A stretch of 64,000 nucleotides of DNA from Planctomycetota bacterium. GTDB taxonomy: Bacteria; Planctomycetota; JAJSAM01; JAJVHW01. The stretch spans positions 39,674 through 103,673 of the forward strand of contig JAJRPF010000055.1 of the NCBI GenBank assembly GCA_024280885.1, written 5' to 3'. Of this stretch, positions 54,916 to 64,000 are shown piece by piece; position 1 is the first letter of the stretch, and the number at the start of each line of letters is the position of its first letter. Below the pieces are notes generated by a model. It searched no databases, was not told where the DNA came from, and saw nothing but the letters and a program-made list of their open reading frames with translations. Made by a program: the position numbers and the translations under genes.

Positions 54916-55240
54916 GGCAACCTCCCGATATTGCGCGACCGTCTACAGGATAGCGGCAGTCGGCGGTGCTCGCGTCACTCGCCGCCCACTCCTGGCCAGA
55001 ACACTCGTCCCACGTCGTGGAAGACAGCGGCTCGTTGCGTGTTCGAGGCCAGGGAGGATGTTCGTTCGACCGACTCGTCCCGCGCGCGGAGATGCGCGCG
55101 AGCCGCAGTGACGGACGTGACAGATCGAGAATCGGCGAATGTGGGAAAGCGACTCACGTCACAGGGCATACACCAGAGCGCTGTAGACCGTGGCGGGCGA
55201 GAGTCCGCAACGAACGACCACGACCAAGAGGGGAAGATCC

Positions 55241-56059
55241 ATGAAGCCGACTATCGGAGCAGTTGCTGTCGCACTCATCGTTCTGACAGCGAACGTCGCC
55301 AGCGCCGGAACCCTCTATGCGGTTCGAGGCTCCGACAACGAGTTGGTCAGCATCGATACCGATACGTTCGAGTTGACCGATGTCGGTGCACTTGGCGTTG
55401 ACTTCAGTCTCGGGGGACTCGCGTACGATCCGGACGCGGACGTGATGTACATGGTCCAGGGGAGCGCGGGCAAGGGGCTCTATTCGGTCAACCGGAGCAC
55501 CGGCGCGGCGGCTCTTGTCGGCGTGCATGGTATCTCGACGCTCTTCTCCCTGGGCTTCGACTCAACGAACGGCGTTCTCTACGGTGGAGATCTCGTAGCT
55601 GAAGGGCTCTACTCGCTCTCGACAGGAAACGGCTCGGCCACGCTCGTCGGCATTACGTCCCTCAGTGTACTTGGCGGCCTGGCCTACGACTCGAAGCGGG
55701 ATCAACTGATCGGCATGGACGACGGAGCAGGCGACCTCTACAGCATCGATCGCACGACTGCAGTGCCCACGCTCCTCTTCGACGGCACCTTCGTGAACGA
55801 CAGTGGCTTGGCGTACGATGCCGACAAGGACCTGTACTGGGACCTGGACTTCGACGGCAACCTCCACTCGTACGATCCCAATGCCGGGTTCGTACAGACA
55901 TTGGAAGCGAACTTCGGTTCGGCTGGGCGGTGGGACGGGCTCACCTACGCGCCCTTCATAGCCGTCGTCCCGCTCCCTGGCGCCGCCTGGATGGGTCTGA
56001 GCGTGCTCGGCGCGCTCTTCGCCCTTGAGCGCAGAAAGAAGCGACTCCGCACCGCGTAA
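55241..56059 (+). CDS. Secreted beta-propeller-like protein with PEP-CTERM-like C-terminal sorting signal
   Basis: Signal peptide MKPTIGAVAVALIVLTANVASA; repeated LY(S/A)xD... blades; C-terminus VPLPGAAWMGLSVLGALFALERRKKR fits the motif / TM / basic-tail architecture of PEP-CTERM; ATG 55241 preceded by GAGGGGAAG. Confidence 0.6.
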   Translation: MKPTIGAVAVALIVLTANVASAGTLYAVRGSDNELVSIDTDTFELTDVGALGVDFSLGGLAYDPDADVMYMVQGSAGKGLYSVNRSTGAAALVGVHGISTLFSLGFDSTNGVLYGGDLVAEGLYSLSTGNGSATLVGITSLSVLGGLAYDSKRDQLIGMDDGAGDLYSIDRTTAVPTLLFDGTFVNDSGLAYDADKDLYWDLDFDGNLHSYDPNAGFVQTLEANFGSAGRWDGLTYAPFIAVVPLPGAAWMGLSVLGALFALERRKKRLRTA

Positions 56060-56396
56060 GCGAGAAAGTCCTTGCACGGGCTTCCACTCTCGATACCGAT
56101 CATCGCGATCAGCCGCACTCCAGGACTTTCGCTGCACGCATTGACGTCAATGACATCGAATCGTCGACGTTGATGATGTTGGCGAGGGACGTGCCTGGGC
56201 AGCGCTTGCGGAGCGGGAGGCGGCGTCACGCCTTCTGTCGCTCCGCGCCCCCAGTTCCGCAACGGCGTCCTTCGGTAGCTGAACTCGCGACGCGACGCGA
56301 GTCGCGATCGAGCGGACACACTCATCGGAAGTTCGCGAACTCTCTCGCCCGCAGTGCGTCCTAGGGTTCGAGAAGCACGTCACCGGGAGACCCTCG

Positions 56397-57875
56397 ATGC
56401 AACTCAGTTCTGTCATCAGCTCGGTCATCACTCCGGTCATCAGCGTGTCGGCTTGTGTTGGCGCGCTCCTTGCCGTATCCGCGGGGCCCGCGCACGCGGA
56501 GTGGATCAACCGGACCGAAAACGTGCCCGTCGCGCGCCTCGTTACGAACCTCGAAGCACGGATTGCGAAGAACCCGCGCGATGCTCAGGCGCACTACGTT
56601 CTGGCGCGGGTTCACAGCATGGCGTGGGCGCACGAGACGGAGGTTGTCGAGATCGAGCCGCCCGCGACAGACGCTGCGCTACCGACCTTCGCACCGTGGC
56701 AGAGTGTTCAGCGCGCACGGGAGGCGCAGAAGGGGCTCGCCGTCTCGGCGCCCTCCGAGACGGCGAAGACGCATTTCCATCGTTCCGTCTCACACTACCG
56801 GACCGCGGCGAAGCTGGACGGGAAGGCGTCGATCCACTTCATGGGGCTCGGGTACATGCTGCAGGACGGTGCGCGTTACGTGCAGTGGTTGCGCACGCCC
56901 GACGGCTCCGAGACGAAGACAAATCTCTCCGACGAGGAGATCGCGCGACACCAGGCGCTGGTCGCACGCCTCACGGCCGAGACGAAGGGCGATCGCGAGG
57001 TCGCGCGACGCAAACTGATCGCGGCGTTGCCCGCTGCCGCAACGGTTCTACGCTGGCACCTGCGGACCGAGGATGCCGGTGAGCGCGCGGCAGTCATCGA
57101 GTTGCTGCGTTACCACTGGCTCGACCTGGCGGCCGCGGCATACCGCAGGTCCCACACAATCGCACTGCCGAGCGATCTGGCGCAGGAGGCCCACGCCGAC
57201 GCGGGCGACAAGCCGCTGAGTCAGGAGTCCGGAGCGGCCCTCCTGGCAATCCTGCGGACGCGCGAGATGTCGAAGTCGATCGAGCAGGAGATCGCAACAC
57301 TCGAAGTAGTGCTGAAGAAGCTGAAGGCGCTCCCGCGCTGGGAGACGCCGATCGTCTTTCCGCTCTCCGGACAGCGACCACTCGTCGATCTGATCCATCC
57401 GACACGGCGCGTGGACTTCGATCTTGACGGTGACGGCGTCGCCGGGCGCTGGCCCTGGGTTCGGAGCGACGTCGGCATCCTGGTCTGGGACCCCGATGGC
57501 GACGGTATCGTCTCGTCGGGACGCGACCTCTTTGGCGGACGCACATGGTGGATCCGCTGGCCGGATGGATATGCGCCTCTCGCCGCCCTCGACGACAACT
57601 CCGATGGACACCTCGCCGGTGACGAGCTTCGCGGTCTCGGCGTCTGGGTCGATCGCAACGGCAATGCGATCAGTGATGCTGGCGAAGTGCGACCGGTCAC
57701 CGAGCTCCTCATCGCGGCGATCAGCGTGCGCAGCGACCACGAGCACGATGGGGTCCCCGCGACTGTTCGCGGGATCACATTCGCGGACGGTGCGACAGTG
57801 CCAACCTACGACTGGACGCCCGAGCGCGCAGTATCGGCGACAGAGAAGTCGCTACGAAAGCGTCTTGCTGAGTAG
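56397..57875 (+). CDS. Hypothetical secreted protein with C-terminal Asp-rich (calcium-binding-like) repeats
   Basis: Signal peptide ...GALLAVSAGPAHA; helical N-terminal half; C-terminal DxDGDG motifs (DLDGDGVAG, DPDGDGIVS, DDNSDGHLAG); ATG 56397 preceded by GGGAGA. Confidence 0.55.
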   Translation: MQLSSVISSVITPVISVSACVGALLAVSAGPAHAEWINRTENVPVARLVTNLEARIAKNPRDAQAHYVLARVHSMAWAHETEVVEIEPPATDAALPTFAPWQSVQRAREAQKGLAVSAPSETAKTHFHRSVSHYRTAAKLDGKASIHFMGLGYMLQDGARYVQWLRTPDGSETKTNLSDEEIARHQALVARLTAETKGDREVARRKLIAALPAAATVLRWHLRTEDAGERAAVIELLRYHWLDLAAAAYRRSHTIALPSDLAQEAHADAGDKPLSQESGAALLAILRTREMSKSIEQEIATLEVVLKKLKALPRWETPIVFPLSGQRPLVDLIHPTRRVDFDLDGDGVAGRWPWVRSDVGILVWDPDGDGIVSSGRDLFGGRTWWIRWPDGYAPLAALDDNSDGHLAGDELRGLGVWVDRNGNAISDAGEVRPVTELLIAAISVRSDHEHDGVPATVRGITFADGATVPTYDWTPERAVSATEKSLRKRLAE

Positions 57876-59291
57876 TTCCTTCATCTCCGGTACGCCGCCC
57901 TGGAAGAGCAGGTAGCCGTCGTGCGGTTCGCCGTCGGTGATCTCGCCGGCGACCGGCGTTGACATCAACTCGCGGACGCGGTCCGGATCGTCGGGATGCA
58001 GCCCGAGTGCCCACGACAGCTTGATGTACGCGGCTTCCGGCAGCATGTTCGCAAGGGGGATGACGCCGAGTTGGAGGATCTCGCGTCCGGTCTCGTAGAC
58101 GTTCATCTGCACGAAACCCCAAAGGGTCTGCAGCGTCATGTAGACCTGCACTCCGGCGTCGCGTGCGCGTTCGAGTGCCGGATAGACGAGCCGGTTGACA
58201 TGCCCGAGTCCGGTTCCCGCGATGATGATCCCGCGGTACCCCTTCTCGACCATCGCATCGACGATGTCAGCCTGCATGTTCGGGTAGTAGTAGAGGATCG
58301 TGACGCGATCGCAGAAGGCGGCTTGGATGGTGACTTCGCGATCGTCGCGGCGCGGTTTCCAGGTCTCGTGGATGTGCGTGAGTCCTTCGTCGTTCACCAT
58401 CGCGAGTGGCACGTCGCCGAGTGTGCGGAAGGTGCTCCGGTACGAGCTGTGCATCTTGCGCACGCGGGTGCCGCGATGCAGCAGGTTGTAGCTGTGCGAT
58501 GTGGGCCCGAGCATGCAGACCATGACCTCGGCGATCGGGCCGTGAGCCGCAGCGTAGGACGCGGCGATGAGATTGCGCGCGGCATCGGACGACGGACGAT
58601 CCGAAGAACGCTGACTGCCGACCATCACGATCGGTACGGGTGGGTCCTGCACCATGTACGAGAGCGCCGCCGCCGTGTGATGCATCGTGTCCGTGCCGTG
58701 CCCGACCATCACGCCGTCGCAGCCTTCGCGGATGGCCTTGCCGATCCGTTCGGCAAGGACGAGGTATTCCTCGCGCCCCATATTCTCCGAGAAGACGCCG
58801 AAGAGCTTCTCGGTCTCGAGATTGCAGACGTCGGCGAGTTCCGGTACGGAGCCGTAGAGCTCGCCGGGGGTGAACGCCGGGATCACGGCTCCCGTGCGAT
58901 AGTCGAGACGCGATGCGATGGTGCCGCCCGTCCCAAACAGCACGACGTTCGGCTTCGAGTCGTCGCGCGGGAACTCCTTCTCCGGGACCTTGTAGATCGC
59001 CTTGCGATAGCCCGTCTTCGTCAACTCGGTGATCGTGTCGTAGCGCAGCCCGACGTTGTAGCCACTCTCGAGTTTCAGGACGAGATGCTCGGCGTCGGAG
59101 GTCTCCGAGCGCGGGAGTACGAGACCCTCGAAGCGTCCGGATGAAGTTACCGCGACGACCGTGGACCAGACCGTCACGTGCGACTGTTTCAGAAGGCCGA
59201 GAGCGGGCTCACGATAACCCTTGTAGTCCTCCGCGTCGGCCACCTCGTCCGCGGCCCCAGCTCCGTTCGGCCCAACGCTCTTCGTATTCAT
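57852..59291 (-). CDS. gatD: GatD-like subunit of archaeal-type Glu-tRNA(Gln) amidotransferase (asparaginase-fold glutaminase)
   Basis: N-terminal GatD-specific domain followed by an asparaginase domain with VVLFGTGGTIAS and ...GHGTDTM... motifs; ATG 59291 overlaps the gatE stop (ATGA). Confidence 0.75.
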   Translation of the reverse strand: MNTKSVGPNGAGAADEVADAEDYKGYREPALGLLKQSHVTVWSTVVAVTSSGRFEGLVLPRSETSDAEHLVLKLESGYNVGLRYDTITELTKTGYRKAIYKVPEKEFPRDDSKPNVVLFGTGGTIASRLDYRTGAVIPAFTPGELYGSVPELADVCNLETEKLFGVFSENMGREEYLVLAERIGKAIREGCDGVMVGHGTDTMHHTAAALSYMVQDPPVPIVMVGSQRSSDRPSSDAARNLIAASYAAAHGPIAEVMVCMLGPTSHSYNLLHRGTRVRKMHSSYRSTFRTLGDVPLAMVNDEGLTHIHETWKPRRDDREVTIQAAFCDRVTILYYYPNMQADIVDAMVEKGYRGIIIAGTGLGHVNRLVYPALERARDAGVQVYMTLQTLWGFVQMNVYETGREILQLGVIPLANMLPEAAYIKLSWALGLHPDDPDRVRELMSTPVAGEITDGEPHDGYLLFQGGVPEMKELLSKTLS

Positions 59292-61354
59292 GACGCGCTC
59301 CCCTCTGTCGCGGCCGCCAGCGCTTCGTTTACGGCGGTGCGCACGTCGTCGATCGTCGCGCGTCCGAGCACGTACGGCATCACCTCGCCGAGGGCACGGC
59401 GCAGGAGTGCATCTTCGTCGAGGCGCTCCGCGCCATGGAGCGTCCGCACTTCGTGAAGGCGCTCGCCCATGAGGTCGTCGTCGTCATCGCCGCCGCGAAA
59501 GATCGCGAGGACGATGTCCGCGTCACGCTCGGGCTCGCGAAGGAGATCCTCGAACGCCGCCTCGAATGCCTCGGGCAGGATCACGCCCTCGTCCACGTCG
59601 CGCACGAGCGGGGCCAGACGCTCGGCATCGGGCAACCCGACAAGGACGCCCGCGCGGCGCAGATAGGGGATGCGCTTCTCCAGCGCAAATGCCAGCCGCC
59701 GCGCCGTCACGAGCGTGGCGGGTGCCAGGTCATCGTAGAGTTGTGACCACTCCGACATCGCCAGCCGGCGGGCAAGAGCGAGTGGCAGCCCTGCCGCGAC
59801 GTAGCGATCCTCGCGGACCCAGGGGCAGTCCTTGACCGCGTGTTCGATGCGATCAACCCATGCGTCGAGGATCTTGATCGGCGGCGTATCCGTGTCGGGA
59901 TACATGCGCTCGGGACCCGGGAGGATGCGTTCGAGACCGGTCGTGCAATCGCCGTACATCTGGCGCGTCTCGGAGGGGACACCGATGAGCGCGTCCTGCG
60001 CGCGAGTGAGAAGCTCGCGGCACGCGGTCGCCACGTCGTCTTCCGGGCCCCAGACCAGAATGACCGCGTCGCCCTCCGCGGCGCTAACCGCCGCTCGGAC
60101 AGCGGACCAGATCGATTCCTCGACACCGACGCTCTCGTCGGTATGCGTCATGAACGGTTGTGCCGTCAGGCATGCGATCACACGCAGGCGCTCGCTGAAC
60201 TCCTGCGCGAAGACGACACCGGGCTGCGTGCGCACGGTCAACAGTCCACCGAAGTGCGGAAGCCGCACGGCGGCAACCGTGTCACCGAATGCGCGCGCGT
60301 TCTGGAGCGGTTCGTATGCGGAGTCCGCCACCGCAACTCCGACGAGTGCGATCTGTGACGAGTTCCAAGGCGTGGCTTCGTCCTCCGGCACGACCATCGC
60401 GTGCGTGCAACCGCGCGTTCGCAGCGTCTCGCGGATGCGCAGCAACTCGAGCTGTCGGAAGGCCTCGATGTGCACGAGCTTCGGCAACACCTTGTGCTGC
60501 GGAACCCCCTTGATCTCGATGCGGCGACTCCCGGCGATGGAGACGTTCACATCCTGGCGCGCCGCACCGCTCCCGCGTCGCACCTTGCCACTTGCGCGTG
60601 CCACCGCCGCGATCAGACGCCCGCCCGACTCGACGTCGCGCGGGGTCATCAGCTCCGGTTCCGTGACGGTCTCGATGAGCGGCATTCCGAGGCGATCGGT
60701 GCGGAACACGATCTTGTGGCCGATGTCCGAGATCTCGCGGCACGAGTCCTCTTCCAGCGTGAGCTGACGCAGGTTGAGCATCGCGTCGGCGCCCAGCGAG
60801 CTCTCGCGAAACGGGATCGCACCACCGACCGCGATCATCCCGGTGCGCTGGAACCCGGTGGGGATGGAGCCATCGAGGTACTGCTTGCGCATCACCTGCA
60901 GTTCGGAGACGAGTGCCATGCCGAACATCGAGGCGATCTCGAGCGACGACTTCACGGCTTCCTCGTCGATCGGAAACGGCGGCGTGTCGTCGATCTCGTA
61001 TGTGCACACACACGCCCGCGCGACGCGATAGACGATCTGCTTCTCGGTCTTGAACTCCATCAGCGCGCAGCCGTCGTAGCGCCCGAGCTCCGAGAGCGTC
61101 GGCCGCATGTGGCGCAGGATCTCGGCGTCCACGCGATCAGTGAACACGCCGGCGGGACAGCGACAGAAGAGCTTGCGGCGCGTGTCGAGTTGTTGATGCA
61201 CTTCGAGGCCGCACATGAAGCCGATTTCGTCGTACTCCGCGTCGGTCATGTCACCGAAATCACGCCACGGGAAGTGGAGCGCCGGATCGGTTCGAGGATT
61301 CAGATCGATGGGAGCGGGAGGGGCGGCTTCCCGCTTGAAATGGCGCCGCGTCAC
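59288..61354 (-). CDS. gatE: GatE-like subunit of archaeal-type Glu-tRNA(Gln) amidotransferase
   Basis: GatB/GatE catalytic motif CGLEVHQQLDTRRKLFCRCP near the N-terminus, RMYPDTDTPP motif, C-terminal helical (YqeY/GatB-like) tail; GTG 61354 overlaps the glnS stop (alternative ATG 61249). Confidence 0.75.
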   Translation of the reverse strand: MTRRHFKREAAPPAPIDLNPRTDPALHFPWRDFGDMTDAEYDEIGFMCGLEVHQQLDTRRKLFCRCPAGVFTDRVDAEILRHMRPTLSELGRYDGCALMEFKTEKQIVYRVARACVCTYEIDDTPPFPIDEEAVKSSLEIASMFGMALVSELQVMRKQYLDGSIPTGFQRTGMIAVGGAIPFRESSLGADAMLNLRQLTLEEDSCREISDIGHKIVFRTDRLGMPLIETVTEPELMTPRDVESGGRLIAAVARASGKVRRGSGAARQDVNVSIAGSRRIEIKGVPQHKVLPKLVHIEAFRQLELLRIRETLRTRGCTHAMVVPEDEATPWNSSQIALVGVAVADSAYEPLQNARAFGDTVAAVRLPHFGGLLTVRTQPGVVFAQEFSERLRVIACLTAQPFMTHTDESVGVEESIWSAVRAAVSAAEGDAVILVWGPEDDVATACRELLTRAQDALIGVPSETRQMYGDCTTGLERILPGPERMYPDTDTPPIKILDAWVDRIEHAVKDCPWVREDRYVAAGLPLALARRLAMSEWSQLYDDLAPATLVTARRLAFALEKRIPYLRRAGVLVGLPDAERLAPLVRDVDEGVILPEAFEAAFEDLLREPERDADIVLAIFRGGDDDDDLMGERLHEVRTLHGAERLDEDALLRRALGEVMPYVLGRATIDDVRTAVNEALAAATEGSAS

Positions 61355-63828
61355 TTCTCTTGCACCCCTTCGACGCCACCGAGTTTTTCGGTGAGCAACG
61401 TGTTCACGAGACCGGGATTGGCCTTGCCCTGCGATGCGCGCATGACCTGGCCCATGAAGAAGCCGAGCAGGCCGGTCTTTCCGCCACGATAGAGCGCGAC
61501 CTTGTCTGCATTCGCGTCGATGACGGAGTCAACGATCGCGCCAAGAGCGTCGGTGTCGGAGACCTGTCGCAATCCACGGCGCTCCACGATGGCAGCGGGT
61601 TCGCCTCCGTCCGCGATCATCTCGGAGAAGACATCCTTGCCGGCCGCGGCCGAGATCTCGCCCGCTTCGACGAGTGCGACCAACGCCCCGAACGCGGCGC
61701 CGCTGAAGGGGAGTTCGCCGAGCGGACGCTCCTTCAGCTCGCGGAGCAGCTCGTTGATTGCCCACTTGGCGACGGCGGGACCGTCGTCGTGTACTGCGAT
61801 CGCTGCGTCGACGAAGGCAACCAAGTTGGCATCGCCCGTGAGTCGGTCGGAATCCTCTTCCGTGAGACGGAGATCAGCCGTGTAGCGCGCGAACGCAGCG
61901 GCGAGTACAGGGTTCGCGGCGCGCGCGCGCACACGTTCGTCGGCGATCGTGGTCTGTGGGCCGCTCACCTGCGGCGCGCGCTGCTTCGTGGCGCGTGGCG
62001 CCGCCCGGGCGACGGCGCCGGTCTTCTTGCCCCACGTATCGCGCAACGAGACGACGCGGTTGAAGACGAGCGCGCTCGGAGCGCTGTCTTCGCTGTCGGG
62101 GATGAAGTATCCGACGCGTTCGAATTGGTAGCGACTCTGCGGTCCGTCGGCTGCGACCGAGTCCTCGACGCGGGCGCCCTGCACGACAGCGAGCGAGTCC
62201 GGGTTGAGGTCGAGCTTGAAGTCGCGCTCGGCTCCGGGGGCGGCCGCGGCGAAGAGACGATCGTAGAGGCGTACCTCACAGGCAACCGAGTGACTGGCCG
62301 AGACCCAGTGGATCGTGCCCTTCACCTTGCGTCCATCGACCTGGCCGAAACGCGTGGCCGGGTCGTGCGAGCAGAGCAAGCGTACGATGTTGCCCTCGCC
62401 GTCCTTCTCGACCTCGTTGACACGGATCACATACGCGTGACGCAGGCGCACCTCGCCGCCTGGCGCCAACCGATGCCAGCCCTTGGGCGGGTCCTCGCTG
62501 AAGTCACCGCGGTCGATGTAGATGCGGCGCTCGAAGAAGATCGTGCGCGACGCCTCCTTCGGAATGTCGTGCGGCCAGTAGGGCGCCTCGATCTCCTCGG
62601 AGTCCTCCGGGTGCCACGTCGTGATCACGACCTCGAGCGGATCGAGCACGCACATCACGCGCGGGCTTCGCGGGCTCAGGTCCTCGCGCAGGCAATAGTC
62701 GAATTTGCCGATGTCCACCAGGCTGTTGGTCTTCGAGATGCCGACCAGGTCGATGAATGCGCGGATTGCTTCGGCGGTCACTCCGCGACGTCGCAATCCG
62801 GCGATGGTCGGCATGCGGGGATCGTCCCATCCGCTGACGTGGCCGTCGTTCACCAGTTCCGCGAGCTTGCGCTTGCTGGTCACCGTGTATTCGATGTTCA
62901 GGCGTGCGAATTCGTACTGATGGGGACGCTTCGCAAGTGCCTCACCTTCGAGCGTGTTGTCGAGCACCCAGTCGTAGATCCCGCGCCGCGTCTCGAATTC
63001 GAGCGAGCAGAGCGAGTGCGTGACTTCCTCGTACGCGTCTTCCAGGCAGTGGGCGAAGTCGTACATCGGGTAGATGCACCACGTGTCCCCGGTCCGATGA
63101 TGCGTCACGTGACGGATGCGATAGAGCAGCGGGTCACGCAACAGCATGTCCGCGGCACTCATGTCGATCTTCGCGCGAAGAACGCGGGAGCCGTCTTCGA
63201 ACTCGCCCGCCTTCATGCGTCCGAGGAGGTCGAGGTTCTCCTCGGGCGAGCGTTCGCGGAAAGGGCTGTTGACACCCGGTTCGGTGATCGTCCCACGACT
63301 GGTAGCGAGGTCTGCCTTGGACTGGTCGTCGACGTACGCGAGTCCCTTGCGGACAAGGGTCTGCGCGCTCGCGTAGATGAAGTCGAAGTAGTCGGAAGCG
63401 TGCCGGACGGGAGGTTCCCACGCGCAGCCGAGCCACGCGATGTCGGCGGAGATCGCCTCGACGAAGCGCGCGTCCTCGGTGAGCGGATTCGTATCGTCGA
63501 AGCGCAATCGAAAGAGCCCATCGTAGGCCGTCGCGAGCCCGTGGTTGACGCCGATGGCCTTGGCGTGCCCGATATGGAGGAAGCCATTCGGTTCCGGCGG
63601 GAAACGGGTCACCACACGCTTGCAGCGGCCGGCGGCAAGGTCCGCATCGACGATATCGGTCAGGAAGTTCGTCTTCCTGGCGACCTCGTCGGCATCTCGC
63701 TCTGCGTCCACACTACCGTCGTCTTCGTCCAAGTCCCTGCCTCCGGCGTTCGAGGCCGGCTCCGGGGGAATCCCGCCGTCGGCGCTCGCCAAGACGGCGA
63801 AGATAGCGCGCCGGACCCGAGGCTCCAA
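61351..63828 (-). CDS. glnS: Glutaminyl-tRNA synthetase fused to a C-terminal GatB/YqeY-like domain
   Basis: Class-I motifs FPPEPNGFLHIGHAKA (HIGH) and VTSKRKL (KMSKS-like); GlnRS-specific segments; ~230-aa C-terminal extension with the YqeY/GatB-C fold pattern (as in Deinococcus-type GlnRS); ~65-aa N-terminal extension may reflect a later true start. Confidence 0.85.
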   Translation of the reverse strand: MEPRVRRAIFAVLASADGGIPPEPASNAGGRDLDEDDGSVDAERDADEVARKTNFLTDIVDADLAAGRCKRVVTRFPPEPNGFLHIGHAKAIGVNHGLATAYDGLFRLRFDDTNPLTEDARFVEAISADIAWLGCAWEPPVRHASDYFDFIYASAQTLVRKGLAYVDDQSKADLATSRGTITEPGVNSPFRERSPEENLDLLGRMKAGEFEDGSRVLRAKIDMSAADMLLRDPLLYRIRHVTHHRTGDTWCIYPMYDFAHCLEDAYEEVTHSLCSLEFETRRGIYDWVLDNTLEGEALAKRPHQYEFARLNIEYTVTSKRKLAELVNDGHVSGWDDPRMPTIAGLRRRGVTAEAIRAFIDLVGISKTNSLVDIGKFDYCLREDLSPRSPRVMCVLDPLEVVITTWHPEDSEEIEAPYWPHDIPKEASRTIFFERRIYIDRGDFSEDPPKGWHRLAPGGEVRLRHAYVIRVNEVEKDGEGNIVRLLCSHDPATRFGQVDGRKVKGTIHWVSASHSVACEVRLYDRLFAAAAPGAERDFKLDLNPDSLAVVQGARVEDSVAADGPQSRYQFERVGYFIPDSEDSAPSALVFNRVVSLRDTWGKKTGAVARAAPRATKQRAPQVSGPQTTIADERVRARAANPVLAAAFARYTADLRLTEEDSDRLTGDANLVAFVDAAIAVHDDGPAVAKWAINELLRELKERPLGELPFSGAAFGALVALVEAGEISAAAGKDVFSEMIADGGEPAAIVERRGLRQVSDTDALGAIVDSVIDANADKVALYRGGKTGLLGFFMGQVMRASQGKANPGLVNTLLTEKLGGVEGVQEK

Positions 63829-64000
63829 CGCGTGCGCGGGCGCGTGATGAGGAGGATTGAGTTGGGCTCGCCGCCGACGTGCACCGACGCGGACGGAATC
63901 GGTGCCCCGGGAGGTCAGAGGGTGTTCCCATAAACAGTGGGAGCGCCAGCTTGCTCGTGGAGCCTGTCAGCAAGGCGCGGTCGCGAACGCGACTCCTGAC

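Noticed and set aside
54307-55401. 364-aa + strand ORF spanning the VIT gene 5' end and the divergent intergenic region
   Set aside because: Runs through a promoter region and overlaps two better-supported genes; Arg/Cys-rich with no domain features.
57996-61492. 382-aa and 363-aa + strand ORFs
   Set aside because: Antisense to gatD and gatE.
61360-63933. 857-aa ORF on the + strand
   Set aside because: Exactly antisense to glnS, which has unambiguous class-I aaRS motifs; Arg/Ala/Gly-rich with no start context. This is the usual long stop-free reverse frame of a 68% GC gene.
1-64000. CRISPR arrays, integrases/transposases, rRNA operons
   Set aside because: No regularly spaced direct repeats with unique spacers, no recombinase-like ORFs, and no rRNA-like conserved stretches were seen. 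The only repeats are short tandem or inverted elements listed above.

Overview
This 64-kb window is about 68% GC and densely coding. It looks like bacterial chromosome: Shine-Dalgarno-led starts, many ATGA/GTGA stop-start overlaps, and a bacterial-type SECIS hairpin inside a coding region. I found no rRNA, tRNA, CRISPR array or obvious mobile element by eye. I call 37 protein-coding regions, of which three are weak hypotheticals and two are joined by an in-frame TGA. Many long antisense ORFs in the six-frame track are GC-bias artefacts.

From nt 1 to about 21.3 kb: a truncated M16 peptidase, a secreted FG-GAP/PPC repeat protein, then a long minus-strand, translationally coupled operon. That operon reads NHL repeat lipoprotein, GldG-like, ABC ATPase, ABC-2 permease, coiled-coil membrane protein, ABC-2 permease, 963-aa VWA/GATase1-like protein, MoxR AAA+, DUF58, BatA-like VWA.

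From 21 to 28 kb: a TPR protein, a TldE(PmbA)/TldD protease pair, an acyl-CoA synthetase and a DUF1579 protein.

From 28 to 44 kb: a class-III aminotransferase; an NfeD(YqiJ)-flotillin(YqiK)-1852-aa AAA+ coiled-coil module; a thioredoxin-like/HEAT protein; a class-III adenylate cyclase; and a HEAT-repeat protein.

From 44 to 64 kb: a peroxiredoxin whose peroxidatic Cys codon is an in-frame TGA (a selenocysteine PrxU-type enzyme, split into two ORFs in the track) with a SECIS-like hairpin just downstream; a CoxE-like VWA plus CoxD/MoxR-like ATPase pair; a SWIM-SNF2 helicase; a VIT-VWA giant secreted protein; a PEP-CTERM-like protein; and a tightly coupled glnS(YqeY-fused)-gatE-gatD operon, unusual because GatDE is the archaeal-type amidotransferase.

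The findings that most deserve a second look are the Sec-peroxiredoxin, a second in-frame TGA joining a coiled-coil protein to a Gly/Asn-rich C-terminal extension, the GlnRS-GatE-GatD operon, the flotillin-associated giant ATPase module, the 10-gene Bat/ABC super-operon, and several long palindromes and short repeats in intergenic DNA.
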